Shown here: in pieces, positions 29,301 through 38,431 of the stretch
How positions within the stretch are numbered: position 1 is the first letter of the stretch
How the letters are laid out: every line of letters begins with the position of its first letter
Assembly: GCA_045863295.1 (NCBI GenBank)
Contig: BTWA01000001.1
Location: 106,677 to 170,676, forward strand
Direction: 5' to 3'
DNA: 64,000 nucleotides
Origin: Candidatus Hydrogenedentota bacterium
GTDB lineage: Bacteria > Hydrogenedentota > Hydrogenedentia > Hydrogenedentales > SLHB01
Position numbers and translations under genes: made by a program
The notes under the pieces: model-generated
Database searches by the model: none
The model's input: the letters and a program-made list of their open reading frames with translations, nothing else
Told to the model about the DNA's origin: nothing

Positions 29301-32300
29301 ATGCGGAAGCGTCGACTCACACATTCCTTACTTGTGCCGGCCGTTTTTCTGTCCGTGGCCCATTGCGCCTGCGGACTGGAGTTGCTTTGGAAAACGGATT
29401 TGGTTTCTTCTTCCCGCGGTTTGCCTTTGGCCGCTGATTTTGACGGCGACGGACTGCCGGAAATCATCGCCACCACACGGTTCGACGGCGCCGTATGGGT
29501 GCTCGACAACGTCGGGCGGGAAATTCACAAGTTTACCCGTGACGCCTGGCTGGAAGGCGGCCTTGCGTCCAGCACTTCGTCCCCAGGCCGCCCGCGAATG
29601 CTGGCATACCAGCAGTCGGATGGACGTGTTGTTTTGTTCAATGCGTCCACCGGATTGAGCGTGTATGCGGACGTTCCGGGAAACCCGGCCATCGGATGCG
29701 CTCCCGTGTTCGCCAATCTGAATGGCAAGGGCGCGGAAGAGATTCTGATTACCCGTAAGGACGGTGTCCTCTCGGCGTTTAACAATGCGCTTGAGCCCAT
29801 CTGGCTCTACAGTGCCGGGAGCCCAATCGAGTCCGCACCTTCCGTCGCCCTTCTCTATACCGAGTTCGCGAGCGTCTACGTTTTGACCGCCGATGGCGTT
29901 CTTCATGCCGTTCGCGGCGACGGCATGCCCATGTGGCGAGTTGCCCTGGCAAATGCCGCTCCGCGTTTCCCGTCCGTAACCGATGTCACGGTCGTGGAGA
30001 TTGGCCGGGACGAACCGGCGGTACTGGTGTCGGACGCGGCCGGTATCCTGTATGCCTTTGGTGCCGCCACTGGACGCGAGTTTTGGCGTGTCCAAGCCGC
30101 GGCCAGTCCAATGGGCGCACCCGCCTATATCACCATTTCAGGTCACCAGGACAACGCATTCGTTCTAATGAGCGAATCAGGCGAATTGGCAGTCGTTGAC
30201 CGCGACGGCACATTGACTGCAACCGGCACATTGCCCAAAGGTCGGTACATTGCAAGGCCGTTGGTGGCCGACGTGGACGAGGATGGCGAACTTGAAATTG
30301 TGGCCGCGACCAACAACTGGCAAATTGTAGTAGCCAATCGGACCGGCGAAGTCGAGGAATGGATTGATTTGCGCGGGAGTGCCCGCGAAGGTCTGATTAT
30401 GGCTGACGTCAACGACGACGGCCGCCTGGAATTGCTGGCGGCCACGGATTGCGCCGCTGTCTACTGCTTTGCCACACGTGCACGTTCCGGTTGGGCGCAC
30501 CCGCGATGTGGCGCCGCGAATACGGGCGTCGCCTCGGTCATCACGCCACGCCCAGTCCCCACGGACGCCATTGCCGTTTCTTCCCTGCGCTATACACCCA
30601 AAGTAACCGTAGCACCTCACACTACAGGATCCACGTATACAACCGCCGTCTTGGAGTTTCAGCGCGGACACGGTGATCGCCATGTAGTGGCGACCATCCG
30701 GCAAGAAGGCCGCATAGTCGGCAGTACCGCAAAATCGCCGGAATCCGGAGAACTCGCGGTGACCGTTGCGCGGCGTTTTCCCGTAGAATTGACGTGCGAT
30801 GTAATTGTGTATGGTTCCAGCGGGCGGCCCATAGGGCAGATGTTGGGAATTCCTGCCCTGCCCCCAAAAGACGACACCGTGCGGATGCATTCCGCCGAAT
30901 CGTTACTGACATTAATGAACAGCCGTGGCGATGCATACCGTGTTCCTGCTTCATGGATGTTGCCCTCCGTTTCCGGCCGGTCCATGTGGCATGTGGCAAG
31001 TCACGCGCCTGAGGTATGGCGGGCGTTGCATATCCAAGACGATCCATTCATCGCGGATGCGGGAATGCGGGTCGTGGGGTCCGCGGCGAAGGAGCAGTCC
31101 GTTATTCGTGCGGGACATCCCGTCTGGGAAGTTCTTAAGCACAGTGAAAAACCGTTTGTAGTAATGAACGACTATTTCCGGCCACGCCAAGCCTACAGCA
31201 ATGCCGATTATCAGGCCCTGGTCGAGATGGGCGGCGATCGGTTTCTCGGGTTTCAAGTACATGAGTGGGCCTATCCCATCTGGAAGCAACAACTCGAAGG
31301 CGCGGCTCAACCGCCATCCACACGCGATCAAGCCGCTCAAATCGTTCGCGACGGATACGCCACGGTCGCCGCGTTGGCGAACAACCACATGTTTCCGGGA
31401 GAAGGGTACGGACTTTTTCATCACGTCGCCTACGAACAAGGCGCCGGCATGGCCTATCTGGAAGTGGGTGAAAATATACCCTGTGCTCCCCTGCTTACTG
31501 CTGCAATACGGGGGGCGGCGCGACAGTTCGGGGGCCGGCCGTGGGGCGCATATATCTCGAATTGGTTTCGCGGTTCGGTCACTGACGGTCGTCTGGAAAA
31601 CGCGGATTCCATAGGTTGGCGCAAGCCGGAAGACAGCATGACTCGATTTGGCGGTCATTCGCCTTCGCTCGAATTTCGGTTGGCCATGGCCGCATACCTC
31701 GCAGGCGCCTCAATCTTGCAGCACGAGTCGGATCACTATCTCGGATCGGTGTATGCAACCGAGTACTCGAACACTTCCGTCGTTCTGTCCCGCCACGGCG
31801 CGGCCATGAAGCGATGGTTTGATTTCGCACACAACGATCGGGATCGCGGTATCCCTTATACGCCCGTCGCGTTCATGCTGGACGCAAACCATGGATGGCG
31901 GCCCCGCGAACTTATCTTTGGGCTATGGCCTCCCACACGCGCGGAACAATCGATCGAGCGCATCTTGTTTCATACCTACTCGTTTAGCGGCCGGCTGGAT
32001 TTCGAATCCGGCTATCTGACCAACGGACGGTATGGCGATATCTTCGACATCGTGACCAGTGCTATCTCCACAAAGGGGCTCGAAGGGTATGGCGTGCTCT
32101 GGCCGCTGGGCGATGTTCCGCTTTCGGTCACACAGCGCCAATCCATTATGACGTATGTGGAACGAGGCGGAATCGCTGTACTGGATGGTTCCATCGCGCG
32201 GCAGTTTACACCTCATTTCACCGGCGTCCGCCTTGCCGATGGGTTTCTACACGATATCAGCATCCGTTCCTCCATTCAGGAACTGCCGCCATTAACTGAT

Positions 32301-32828
32301 CCGTACCGGCATCGCCCCATGGCAATTGGGCAAGAGGCCGTGCCGATAGCGTGGTCTGGACAAGGACGCCCGGTCATGGTTTGGAAGCAAGTGGGCCAGG
32401 GCGCACTGATCATTTCAGGGTTGGATCATTGGCTTGATGTGCGCGGACAAATGCTTCCGGTCACAGGGCTCATTCTGCAAATGATTGAGAAGGCCTTTGT
32501 ACCATTTTCAATCACGGGCGAAGTAGAGCGAATTCTGTCGAAGACTCGGGATGGCTGGATCATCGGCCTCATCAACAACAACGGAATTCGCAAAGTGCCG
32601 ACACAGCAGGAAACCGTGGATCCCGCGGAAACCCGGTCATGCCTCATTCAATTTCGCGGATCGGCCCCCGCCCATTTCACGCCGCTGATGGGATCGTTCT
32701 CGTGGAACGAGTCCGCGGGGGCTGTTGAAGCAAGAATACCGCCCGGTGAAGTAGCGATAGTGCGTTTTGTGGACCCTGGCGCTGAGACTGCGGTACACGG
32801 CCCGCCGATTGCCACCCCGGCCTTGTAA
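29301..32828 (+). CDS. Large secreted protein: PQQ-like/FG-GAP beta-propeller plus putative glycoside-hydrolase TIM barrel and trimerisation-like domain
   Basis: Signal peptide. ADFDGDGLPEI, ADVDEDGELEI and ADVNDDGRLE repeats. C-half has GFQVHEW, LEVGEN and YVERGG.AV. Start set at ATG 29301. Confidence 0.65.
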   Translation: MRKRRLTHSLLVPAVFLSVAHCACGLELLWKTDLVSSSRGLPLAADFDGDGLPEIIATTRFDGAVWVLDNVGREIHKFTRDAWLEGGLASSTSSPGRPRMLAYQQSDGRVVLFNASTGLSVYADVPGNPAIGCAPVFANLNGKGAEEILITRKDGVLSAFNNALEPIWLYSAGSPIESAPSVALLYTEFASVYVLTADGVLHAVRGDGMPMWRVALANAAPRFPSVTDVTVVEIGRDEPAVLVSDAAGILYAFGAATGREFWRVQAAASPMGAPAYITISGHQDNAFVLMSESGELAVVDRDGTLTATGTLPKGRYIARPLVADVDEDGELEIVAATNNWQIVVANRTGEVEEWIDLRGSAREGLIMADVNDDGRLELLAATDCAAVYCFATRARSGWAHPRCGAANTGVASVITPRPVPTDAIAVSSLRYTPKVTVAPHTTGSTYTTAVLEFQRGHGDRHVVATIRQEGRIVGSTAKSPESGELAVTVARRFPVELTCDVIVYGSSGRPIGQMLGIPALPPKDDTVRMHSAESLLTLMNSRGDAYRVPASWMLPSVSGRSMWHVASHAPEVWRALHIQDDPFIADAGMRVVGSAAKEQSVIRAGHPVWEVLKHSEKPFVVMNDYFRPRQAYSNADYQALVEMGGDRFLGFQVHEWAYPIWKQQLEGAAQPPSTRDQAAQIVRDGYATVAALANNHMFPGEGYGLFHHVAYEQGAGMAYLEVGENIPCAPLLTAAIRGAARQFGGRPWGAYISNWFRGSVTDGRLENADSIGWRKPEDSMTRFGGHSPSLEFRLAMAAYLAGASILQHESDHYLGSVYATEYSNTSVVLSRHGAAMKRWFDFAHNDRDRGIPYTPVAFMLDANHGWRPRELIFGLWPPTRAEQSIERILFHTYSFSGRLDFESGYLTNGRYGDIFDIVTSAISTKGLEGYGVLWPLGDVPLSVTQRQSIMTYVERGGIAVLDGSIARQFTPHFTGVRLADGFLHDISIRSSIQELPPLTDPYRHRPMAIGQEAVPIAWSGQGRPVMVWKQVGQGALIISGLDHWLDVRGQMLPVTGLILQMIEKAFVPFSITGEVERILSKTRDGWIIGLINNNGIRKVPTQQETVDPAETRSCLIQFRGSAPAHFTPLMGSFSWNESAGAVEARIPPGEVAIVRFVDPGAETAVHGPPIATPAL

Positions 32829-32833
32829 TAGAA

Positions 32834-32865
32834 AGCCGCCGCGCGGAGGTTGCCACGCGGCGGCT
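32834..32865. terminator. Hairpin between convergent genes (probable terminator)
   Basis: AGCCGCCGCG-N12-CGCGGCGGCT, a perfect 10-bp stem; U-tracts are weak. Confidence 0.55.
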
Positions 32866-32886
32866 CAGCAAAAACGAGGTAAAACG

Positions 32887-33228
32887 TCAGGACCCCTGGC
32901 CGGGCGACGGGTCGAGCAAATCCAATTTGCTTTCCTTGTCCTTGAACTCCTCGGCCGTATCCAAGGCTCCCTTGGTTTCGTTAATCACGGGCCATTCCGC
33001 AGCCAACTTGATATTCAACGCCTTAAACGAATCCCATTTCTCCGGCAAGTCTTCTTCCGGATAAATGGCATGCACTGGACATTCGTCCACGCACGCACCA
33101 CAATCAATACACTCGTCGGGGTCGATTACCAGCATGTTTGCGCCTTCGTGGAAACAGTCCACTGGGCAAACCGCCACGCAGTCTGTGTACTTGCACTTAA
33201 TGCAAGGCTCCGCAACAATGTGGGCCAT
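32887..33228 (-). CDS. fdxA: FdxA-type (7Fe-family) ferredoxin with DUF3470 tail
   Basis: [29 protein letters not shown]...[20 protein letters not shown]...WPVI. Confidence 0.93.
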   Translation of the reverse strand: MAHIVAEPCIKCKYTDCVAVCPVDCFHEGANMLVIDPDECIDCGACVDECPVHAIYPEEDLPEKWDSFKALNIKLAAEWPVINETKGALDTAEEFKDKESKLDLLDPSPGQGS

Positions 33229-33300
33229 AATGCACGCTCTCCCTGAATCAAATCCGCCGGACCCCGTTCCAACAACTGGCGCCAAACGGCTTTACCATAC

Positions 33301-33386
33301 ACTGAAACAGACACCGCAACCCGCCCGAAAGGCGGACGGTTGGGCCTAGTGACTATCACTACGGCGCCGACATTGTCAAATTCAGT
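33301..33386 (+). ncRNA. Structured RNA candidate with c-di-GMP-I (GEMM)-like architecture
   Basis: CCGCC-CGAAA-GGCGG-ACG hairpin followed by GTTGG-GCC-TAGTGA/TCACTA-C-GGC-G-CCGAC, closed by GACA/TGTC and ACTGAA/TTCAGT. The AAA junction is missing. Confidence 0.3.
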
Positions 33387-33502
33387 ATACAGATAAATAG
33401 TTTTAAACGCGAAAGCACGCCGAATTCAATGTCTAACACGGCGGCGCGCTAGATTTTCGAGGACGGCCACAGCCCCAGCCACGATAAGGAGCCAAAGTCT
33501 CT

Positions 33503-33976
33503 ATGTCTGTGCGACCCTTGACCCGCGACTCCCTGCCCTACTTTCATGATGCCTTGAACCGCCTCGCGCCGGAGACAGCCCGCCAATGGGGTCAGCTCAC
33601 GGCAATTCAAATGGTCTGCCACCTACGACGGACCTTTGAGATCTCGCTCGGAGAAATCAACGACCCGCAGTTGCGGGACATGAGTTATCCCGTCTTACGC
33701 TCGGTCATCTACTGGTTTTTCTTCGTCCAATTCACGAACTGGCCGAAGGGGAAGATCAAGGCTCCGGAGGTCTTCACGCCGGAAGCCGAAGGATCACTTG
33801 AAACAGAGCGGCGAATCCTCTTCGAGTGCATCGATCGGTTTGTCGCCGAGCATACAGACCATCCGGATCGGCGCACCTTGACGCCGCTATTGGGCTACAT
33901 CACGCTTCGCCGGTGGAGTCAGGTGCATGGAGTTCACCTCCACCATCACCTTAGGCAGTTCGGACTCATCCCGTAA
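33503..33976 (+). CDS. DUF1569 (DinB/YfiT superfamily) protein
   Basis: L.PE...QWG.L...QM..HL and C-terminal HL.HHLRQFG; AAGGAG RBS. Confidence 0.9.
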   Translation: MSVRPLTRDSLPYFHDALNRLAPETARQWGQLTAIQMVCHLRRTFEISLGEINDPQLRDMSYPVLRSVIYWFFFVQFTNWPKGKIKAPEVFTPEAEGSLETERRILFECIDRFVAEHTDHPDRRTLTPLLGYITLRRWSQVHGVHLHHHLRQFGLIP

Positions 33977-34137
33977 TTCACAAAGATCGCGGACTCTTCA
34001 TACTATATTTGGTGGCACTTACCTTTGCGAAGTCGATATGTTGCGCTACTCCGTCAGTCCGGAAAAGTAGATGCGTGGAAAGGAATTGGCAACTCCGTCA
34101 AGCATATGCAGCGATTAATGTTACGCACGGTTAATTG

Positions 34138-34167
34138 TTGACGAGAATCCCGTGGCGGTGGTAGAAT
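34138..34167 (+). promoter_or_regulatory. Putative sigma70 promoter of the pilus cluster
   Basis: TTGACG-N18-TAGAAT with a TG extension, about 60 nt before ATG 34231. Confidence 0.5.
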
Positions 34168-34230
34168 ACCTGTTGTGACATGTGAAAGCTTCACCACGGA
34201 ATTCCCCGTGTACTGGTTCGAGTGTAACGA

Positions 34231-36522
34231 ATGCTTTCTTGGCGCCGAGACAAAGATAAAGACAAGGACAAAGCCCCGGCGGTACCCGCTCCACCGGAGC
34301 CGCCGCCCCAGGCGTTCGCGCGTCCTCGAACTGGCACGCGCCCCAACCGGGGACGCTTGGGCGAAGTCCTTGTAGACGAAGGAGTTATCTCCCAGGCTCA
34401 ACTCGACGATGCCCTTCGCCGCCAAAAGGAAACAGGCGGCTTCATTGGCAAAGTCCTGGTCGACGCCGGATTCATTGACCAACGCACCCTAATCGCATTT
34501 CTTGTCAAGCAATGCAAGATTCCCCATATCAGCCTGCTGGACTATGAAATCAACTCGAAATTGTTTGAGCTCGTCCCAAAAGAGTTGTGCTCGAAGCACC
34601 ACCTACTGCCGATCGACAAATTGGGAAAGATTCTGACTCTGGCGATGGTTGACCCGCTGGATGTTGACGCCTTGGAACAGGTCCGGTCTACGTGCCCCGA
34701 CCTGAAGATCAAACCAATCTTGTGCGATTGGTCGCATTTTGAGTCGCTATCAAAGCGATTGTTGGAAGAGGGACCGGCGCAGAGTGCGCAAGAGTGGTCC
34801 AGCCCAGCCTACACGCTCCCGTCCAAACCGGTCGCCAAGGCCGTCCCCGCGCCCGACAAGTCCGCTTCCGCGTCGCCGCCCGTCCCCGAGAAGAAGCCAG
34901 ATGCGGAGGAGGGACACCTCGATCCCTCGGTCATCGACCAGTTGGTAAAAGCCGCACAGGTAGAGGCAACGAAAACCGACGCTCACGCACCTGCGGAAAT
35001 GCCACCCAAACCGGTGAAATTACCAGACATGGCTGCCGGTACGAACGTGGACGCCGTAGCACGCCGTTTAGAAGCCGGTATCGAAAGCCGTATAGCTGCG
35101 GCTATCGAATCGGCTTTGAGCAGGCAAGCGGCCACTGCCGAGCCCAATCCCGTTCCTGTGGCGAGCGACACACTGGAACTCGAGGAACGGATTTCAATTG
35201 CGGTGGCGTCTGCCATGGCCCAGCACGCTCAGGTAGCCGCAGTTTCTCAAGAAGCGCTAAGCCGCATTGAGAAAACGCTCCAAGAACAAGCCGGGCTCCA
35301 TGCGTCCGCGATTGTTTCCACAGCGACAGACGAGTCGTCCCGCGAAAACTTGTTGTTGCAGCTGGAACACCGGCTCCGCGACCACCTTGACCAGACCGTC
35401 TCCGAAGCACTCGAGCGACATGCCCACTTGGCCGCCGAGCATCAGGAGGCTCAAGATCGCTTTGAACACCAGCTGAAGTCACATCTGGAAACTGCGGTTA
35501 CCGAGGCCGTTGAGCGTCAAGTGCAGTCGACGCTCGAACGTGAGGAGACGCTGCTACAAACGGCGGCTCAGCGGGCCGCCGATGCCGCCGCAGCGGTTGA
35601 AAAAGCTCTGGAGGAGATCAAGGCGCTCGAAAAGCCCGCGGAACCGGAATACGACAATGTCATGGCGTTTCCCGTTAGCCAGCCCACCCCGCTCGAACTT
35701 CATCTGGATGGCGGTGTACCGGAACCGGTGCTGGATACGCCAGGCATGTCTATTGCCGCCGAAGGCCTTTCCGTCCATTTTCCGGACCTACCCAAGTTAA
35801 AGACGCGCCTGACCTTCAAGCGTTTTCTGTGCGATAGTCATAACCATTTTGCATGGACATTGGCCCAAGCCGTCGCCGATAACCCTGGCAACGCATTCAA
35901 TCCACTTTACCTGCACGGTGGTCCCGGCTTGGGGAAGAGTCACCTCCTGAATTCCGTGGGCCTCCGCCTGGCGGGACGAAACGATGCTTCTCGTATCGTG
36001 GCTTTGACAGGGAACCGGTTTTTGCAGGGTTATCGTAAGGCTTTACAAGATAACAGCTTAGAGAGTTTTCGCCACCTGCTGATGCAATGCGAGATGGTCT
36101 TGTTTGACGATCTCCAAGCCTTGGCAAATCATCATGAGGCCCAAGAAGAACTGATCGACTTTCTCAATGCCATGGAGTCCAGTTCCCGGCAGTTGGTGCT
36201 TGCTGGGGATAAGCGGCCCGACCATATGGCCGGCTTCGATCCCCGTATAATATCGCGACTGAGCGGCGGAGTGACGGTGCGGCTGCAAGCTCCCGATTTG
36301 GAGACGCGGATGGGCCTCCTGCAACGGCAAGCGCGCGAAGAGAAAACGTTGGTCCCGGAAGAGACGATAGCCCTTATTGCCGACCGGATCCCCTCCGACA
36401 TACGGGCGATGATGGGTGCATTGAGAAAACTCACCGCGTATGCGAAACTGATGAAGCAGGAACTCACCGCCGATACGGCCGTTGAGTGGCTCCGCCGTTT
36501 GGGCGTAGTGGACGCGGCCTGA
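34231..36522 (+). CDS. MshEN/T2SSE-N domain fused to a DnaA-type AAA+ ATPase (no DNA-binding domain IV)
   Basis: RLGEVLVDEGVISQAQLDDALRRQ (MshEN), then LVP...C.KH.LLPI...LAMVDPLD. C-terminal TF..F....N..A...A.AVA.NPG..FNPLYLHGGPGLGKSHLL, VLFDD, QEE, RIISRL..G, PDLETR, DIR...GAL. Confidence 0.85.
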   Translation: MLSWRRDKDKDKDKAPAVPAPPEPPPQAFARPRTGTRPNRGRLGEVLVDEGVISQAQLDDALRRQKETGGFIGKVLVDAGFIDQRTLIAFLVKQCKIPHISLLDYEINSKLFELVPKELCSKHHLLPIDKLGKILTLAMVDPLDVDALEQVRSTCPDLKIKPILCDWSHFESLSKRLLEEGPAQSAQEWSSPAYTLPSKPVAKAVPAPDKSASASPPVPEKKPDAEEGHLDPSVIDQLVKAAQVEATKTDAHAPAEMPPKPVKLPDMAAGTNVDAVARRLEAGIESRIAAAIESALSRQAATAEPNPVPVASDTLELEERISIAVASAMAQHAQVAAVSQEALSRIEKTLQEQAGLHASAIVSTATDESSRENLLLQLEHRLRDHLDQTVSEALERHAHLAAEHQEAQDRFEHQLKSHLETAVTEAVERQVQSTLEREETLLQTAAQRAADAAAAVEKALEEIKALEKPAEPEYDNVMAFPVSQPTPLELHLDGGVPEPVLDTPGMSIAAEGLSVHFPDLPKLKTRLTFKRFLCDSHNHFAWTLAQAVADNPGNAFNPLYLHGGPGLGKSHLLNSVGLRLAGRNDASRIVALTGNRFLQGYRKALQDNSLESFRHLLMQCEMVLFDDLQALANHHEAQEELIDFLNAMESSSRQLVLAGDKRPDHMAGFDPRIISRLSGGVTVRLQAPDLETRMGLLQRQAREEKTLVPEETIALIADRIPSDIRAMMGALRKLTAYAKLMKQELTADTAVEWLRRLGVVDAA

Positions 36523-36636
36523 CGCCGAATCAGAGTGCGTTGGGTCCACCCCGGACGGGCTTCGTAGCAGCCAGAGAGTCCCGCCTCGGTTGAACGAGCC
36601 GGCATGGCGTAGTATGCCAAACAAAGGAGGCGGAAC

Positions 36637-38358
36637 GTGCCCCCAAAAATTGCCAAACGCCGCTTAGGCGACGTACTCCTCGAACAAAACCTAATCACCC
36701 GGGAACAACTGGACGAGTGCCTGAATGTTCAACGGCAAACGGGCCAGAGCCTTGCCCACGTGCTTCTCACCAAGAAGTATTTGAGCGAGGAAGATCTAGT
36801 CATCACGCTCAGCGAACAGCTTGGAATTCCCCACATCCGCGTTGCGAACTACAACATTCACGAGGAAGTCCTGAAGGAAGTGCCCGAGACGCTCGCGCGT
36901 CAATACCTGATGCTTCCGGTCTCCGTGACCGGGGATGTCCTGACGCTGGCCATGGCCGATCCGCTGAACATCATGGCGCTCGATGATCTCCGAATGTTGA
37001 CCAGTTACGAGATTGAGCCGGTGGTGGCCGTGGAATCCGAGTTGATGGAGGCCATTAACAAACACTATGGCGGCAACAAATCGGCCGAATTGTACAACGA
37101 ATTAGTAACGGACGATCGCCAGGACAGCCTCGAAGTACTGGAAGAGAAAGACACGATTGAAGATATTGCCTCCAACGAAGCGGAAGCCCAGGACGCGCCA
37201 ATTGTCCGGCTTGCAAATCTAATACTCGTGAATGCGCTTGAGGCGAGGGCAAGCGATATCCACATTGAACCGTTTGAAAAAGTATTGCGTGTCCGGTATC
37301 GCATCGATGGCATGCTTGAAGAGACGAAAAGCCCGCCCAAGTCCATGCAAGCGGCGCTTATTTCCCGCCTGAAAATCATGTCGAATCTCGATATTGCCGA
37401 ACACCGCTTGCCGCAGGACGGGCGATTCAGAATCAAGTACCGTGCAAAGGAAGTCGACTTCCGCGTATCAATTCTACCCTGTTACTATGGCGAAAAAGTT
37501 GTGATGCGCGTGCTCGACAAGAGCAGCCTGACACTCGATTTGGATGGACTGGGTTTTGAGCAGCAGCCGATGGATGCGTTTCGCGACGCACTTCAACGGC
37601 CTTACGGCATGATTCTAGTTACCGGTCCCACGGGCAGCGGCAAAACGACCACGCTCTATAGCGCCCTGCATAAATTGAACGATCCCGACACCAATGTCGT
37701 GACGGTTGAGGACCCCGTTGAATACGAACTTTTCGGCATCAATCAGGTGCAATGCAAGCCAGAAATCGGCCTAACCTTTGCCGCTTCCCTACGAAGCATT
37801 CTCCGCCAGGATCCGGATATTGTCATGGTCGGTGAAATCCGCGACGAAGAAACGGCGGATATCGCGATTAAGGCAGCTCTGACGGGGCACCTTGTGCTGA
37901 GCACGTTGCATACGAACGATGCGGCCAGCGTGTTTACCCGTCTGGTTGACATGGGCATGGAGCCCTTCCTCGTGCAGTCGTCAGTGGTACTGGCGTCCGC
38001 GCAGCGGCTTATGCGGCGCATTTGCCCGGAATGCAAAGAACAGATTCGCGTACCGGACGAAGTTCTGGAACGGATTCAATTCAAGCCTGAGGCGGGATCG
38101 CCCACGCCAACGTGGGTGCGCGGCCGAGGCTGCAGCAAATGTAAGAATACCGGCTACCGGGGCCGTCTGGCGGTGCTTGAAGCCATGCCGGATTACCTTG
38201 AGTTGCAGGAATACATTATGAAGCGCGCGCCATCGTCCGAAATCAAACGGATTGCCATGGAGTGCGGCATGCGTTCGCTGCGTCAAAATGCCTTGACCAA
38301 AGCCGCGAACGGCCACACTACCATTGAAGAAGTACTGCGAATTTCCGCCGCGGACTGA
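36637..38358 (+). CDS. pilB: Type IV pilus assembly ATPase PilB (GspE/PulE family)
   Basis: N-terminal RLG..L MshEN-like motif, ASDIHIEP, LDIAEHRLPQDGR, GPTGSGKTT, VEDPVEY, LRQDPD, CPEC/CSKC zinc motif. Confidence 0.93.
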   Translation: MPPKIAKRRLGDVLLEQNLITREQLDECLNVQRQTGQSLAHVLLTKKYLSEEDLVITLSEQLGIPHIRVANYNIHEEVLKEVPETLARQYLMLPVSVTGDVLTLAMADPLNIMALDDLRMLTSYEIEPVVAVESELMEAINKHYGGNKSAELYNELVTDDRQDSLEVLEEKDTIEDIASNEAEAQDAPIVRLANLILVNALEARASDIHIEPFEKVLRVRYRIDGMLEETKSPPKSMQAALISRLKIMSNLDIAEHRLPQDGRFRIKYRAKEVDFRVSILPCYYGEKVVMRVLDKSSLTLDLDGLGFEQQPMDAFRDALQRPYGMILVTGPTGSGKTTTLYSALHKLNDPDTNVVTVEDPVEYELFGINQVQCKPEIGLTFAASLRSILRQDPDIVMVGEIRDEETADIAIKAALTGHLVLSTLHTNDAASVFTRLVDMGMEPFLVQSSVVLASAQRLMRRICPECKEQIRVPDEVLERIQFKPEAGSPTPTWVRGRGCSKCKNTGYRGRLAVLEAMPDYLELQEYIMKRAPSSEIKRIAMECGMRSLRQNALTKAANGHTTIEEVLRISAAD

Positions 38359-38431
38359 TGCCGGTTACTGTGTAATGTCCTAGTCACGATCGGGTGCGAA
38401 GGGTTGCGTCACTATTGCGAGGTAGGGGTGA

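Noticed and set aside
34012..34028. Sigma54-like TGGCAC...TTGC upstream of the pilus cluster
   Set aside because: GG-to-GC spacing is 11 nt rather than the required 10.
34231..36522. True dnaA gene / oriC region
   Set aside because: No domain I or IV, no dnaN/recF/gyrB neighbours, and no DnaA-box cluster nearby.
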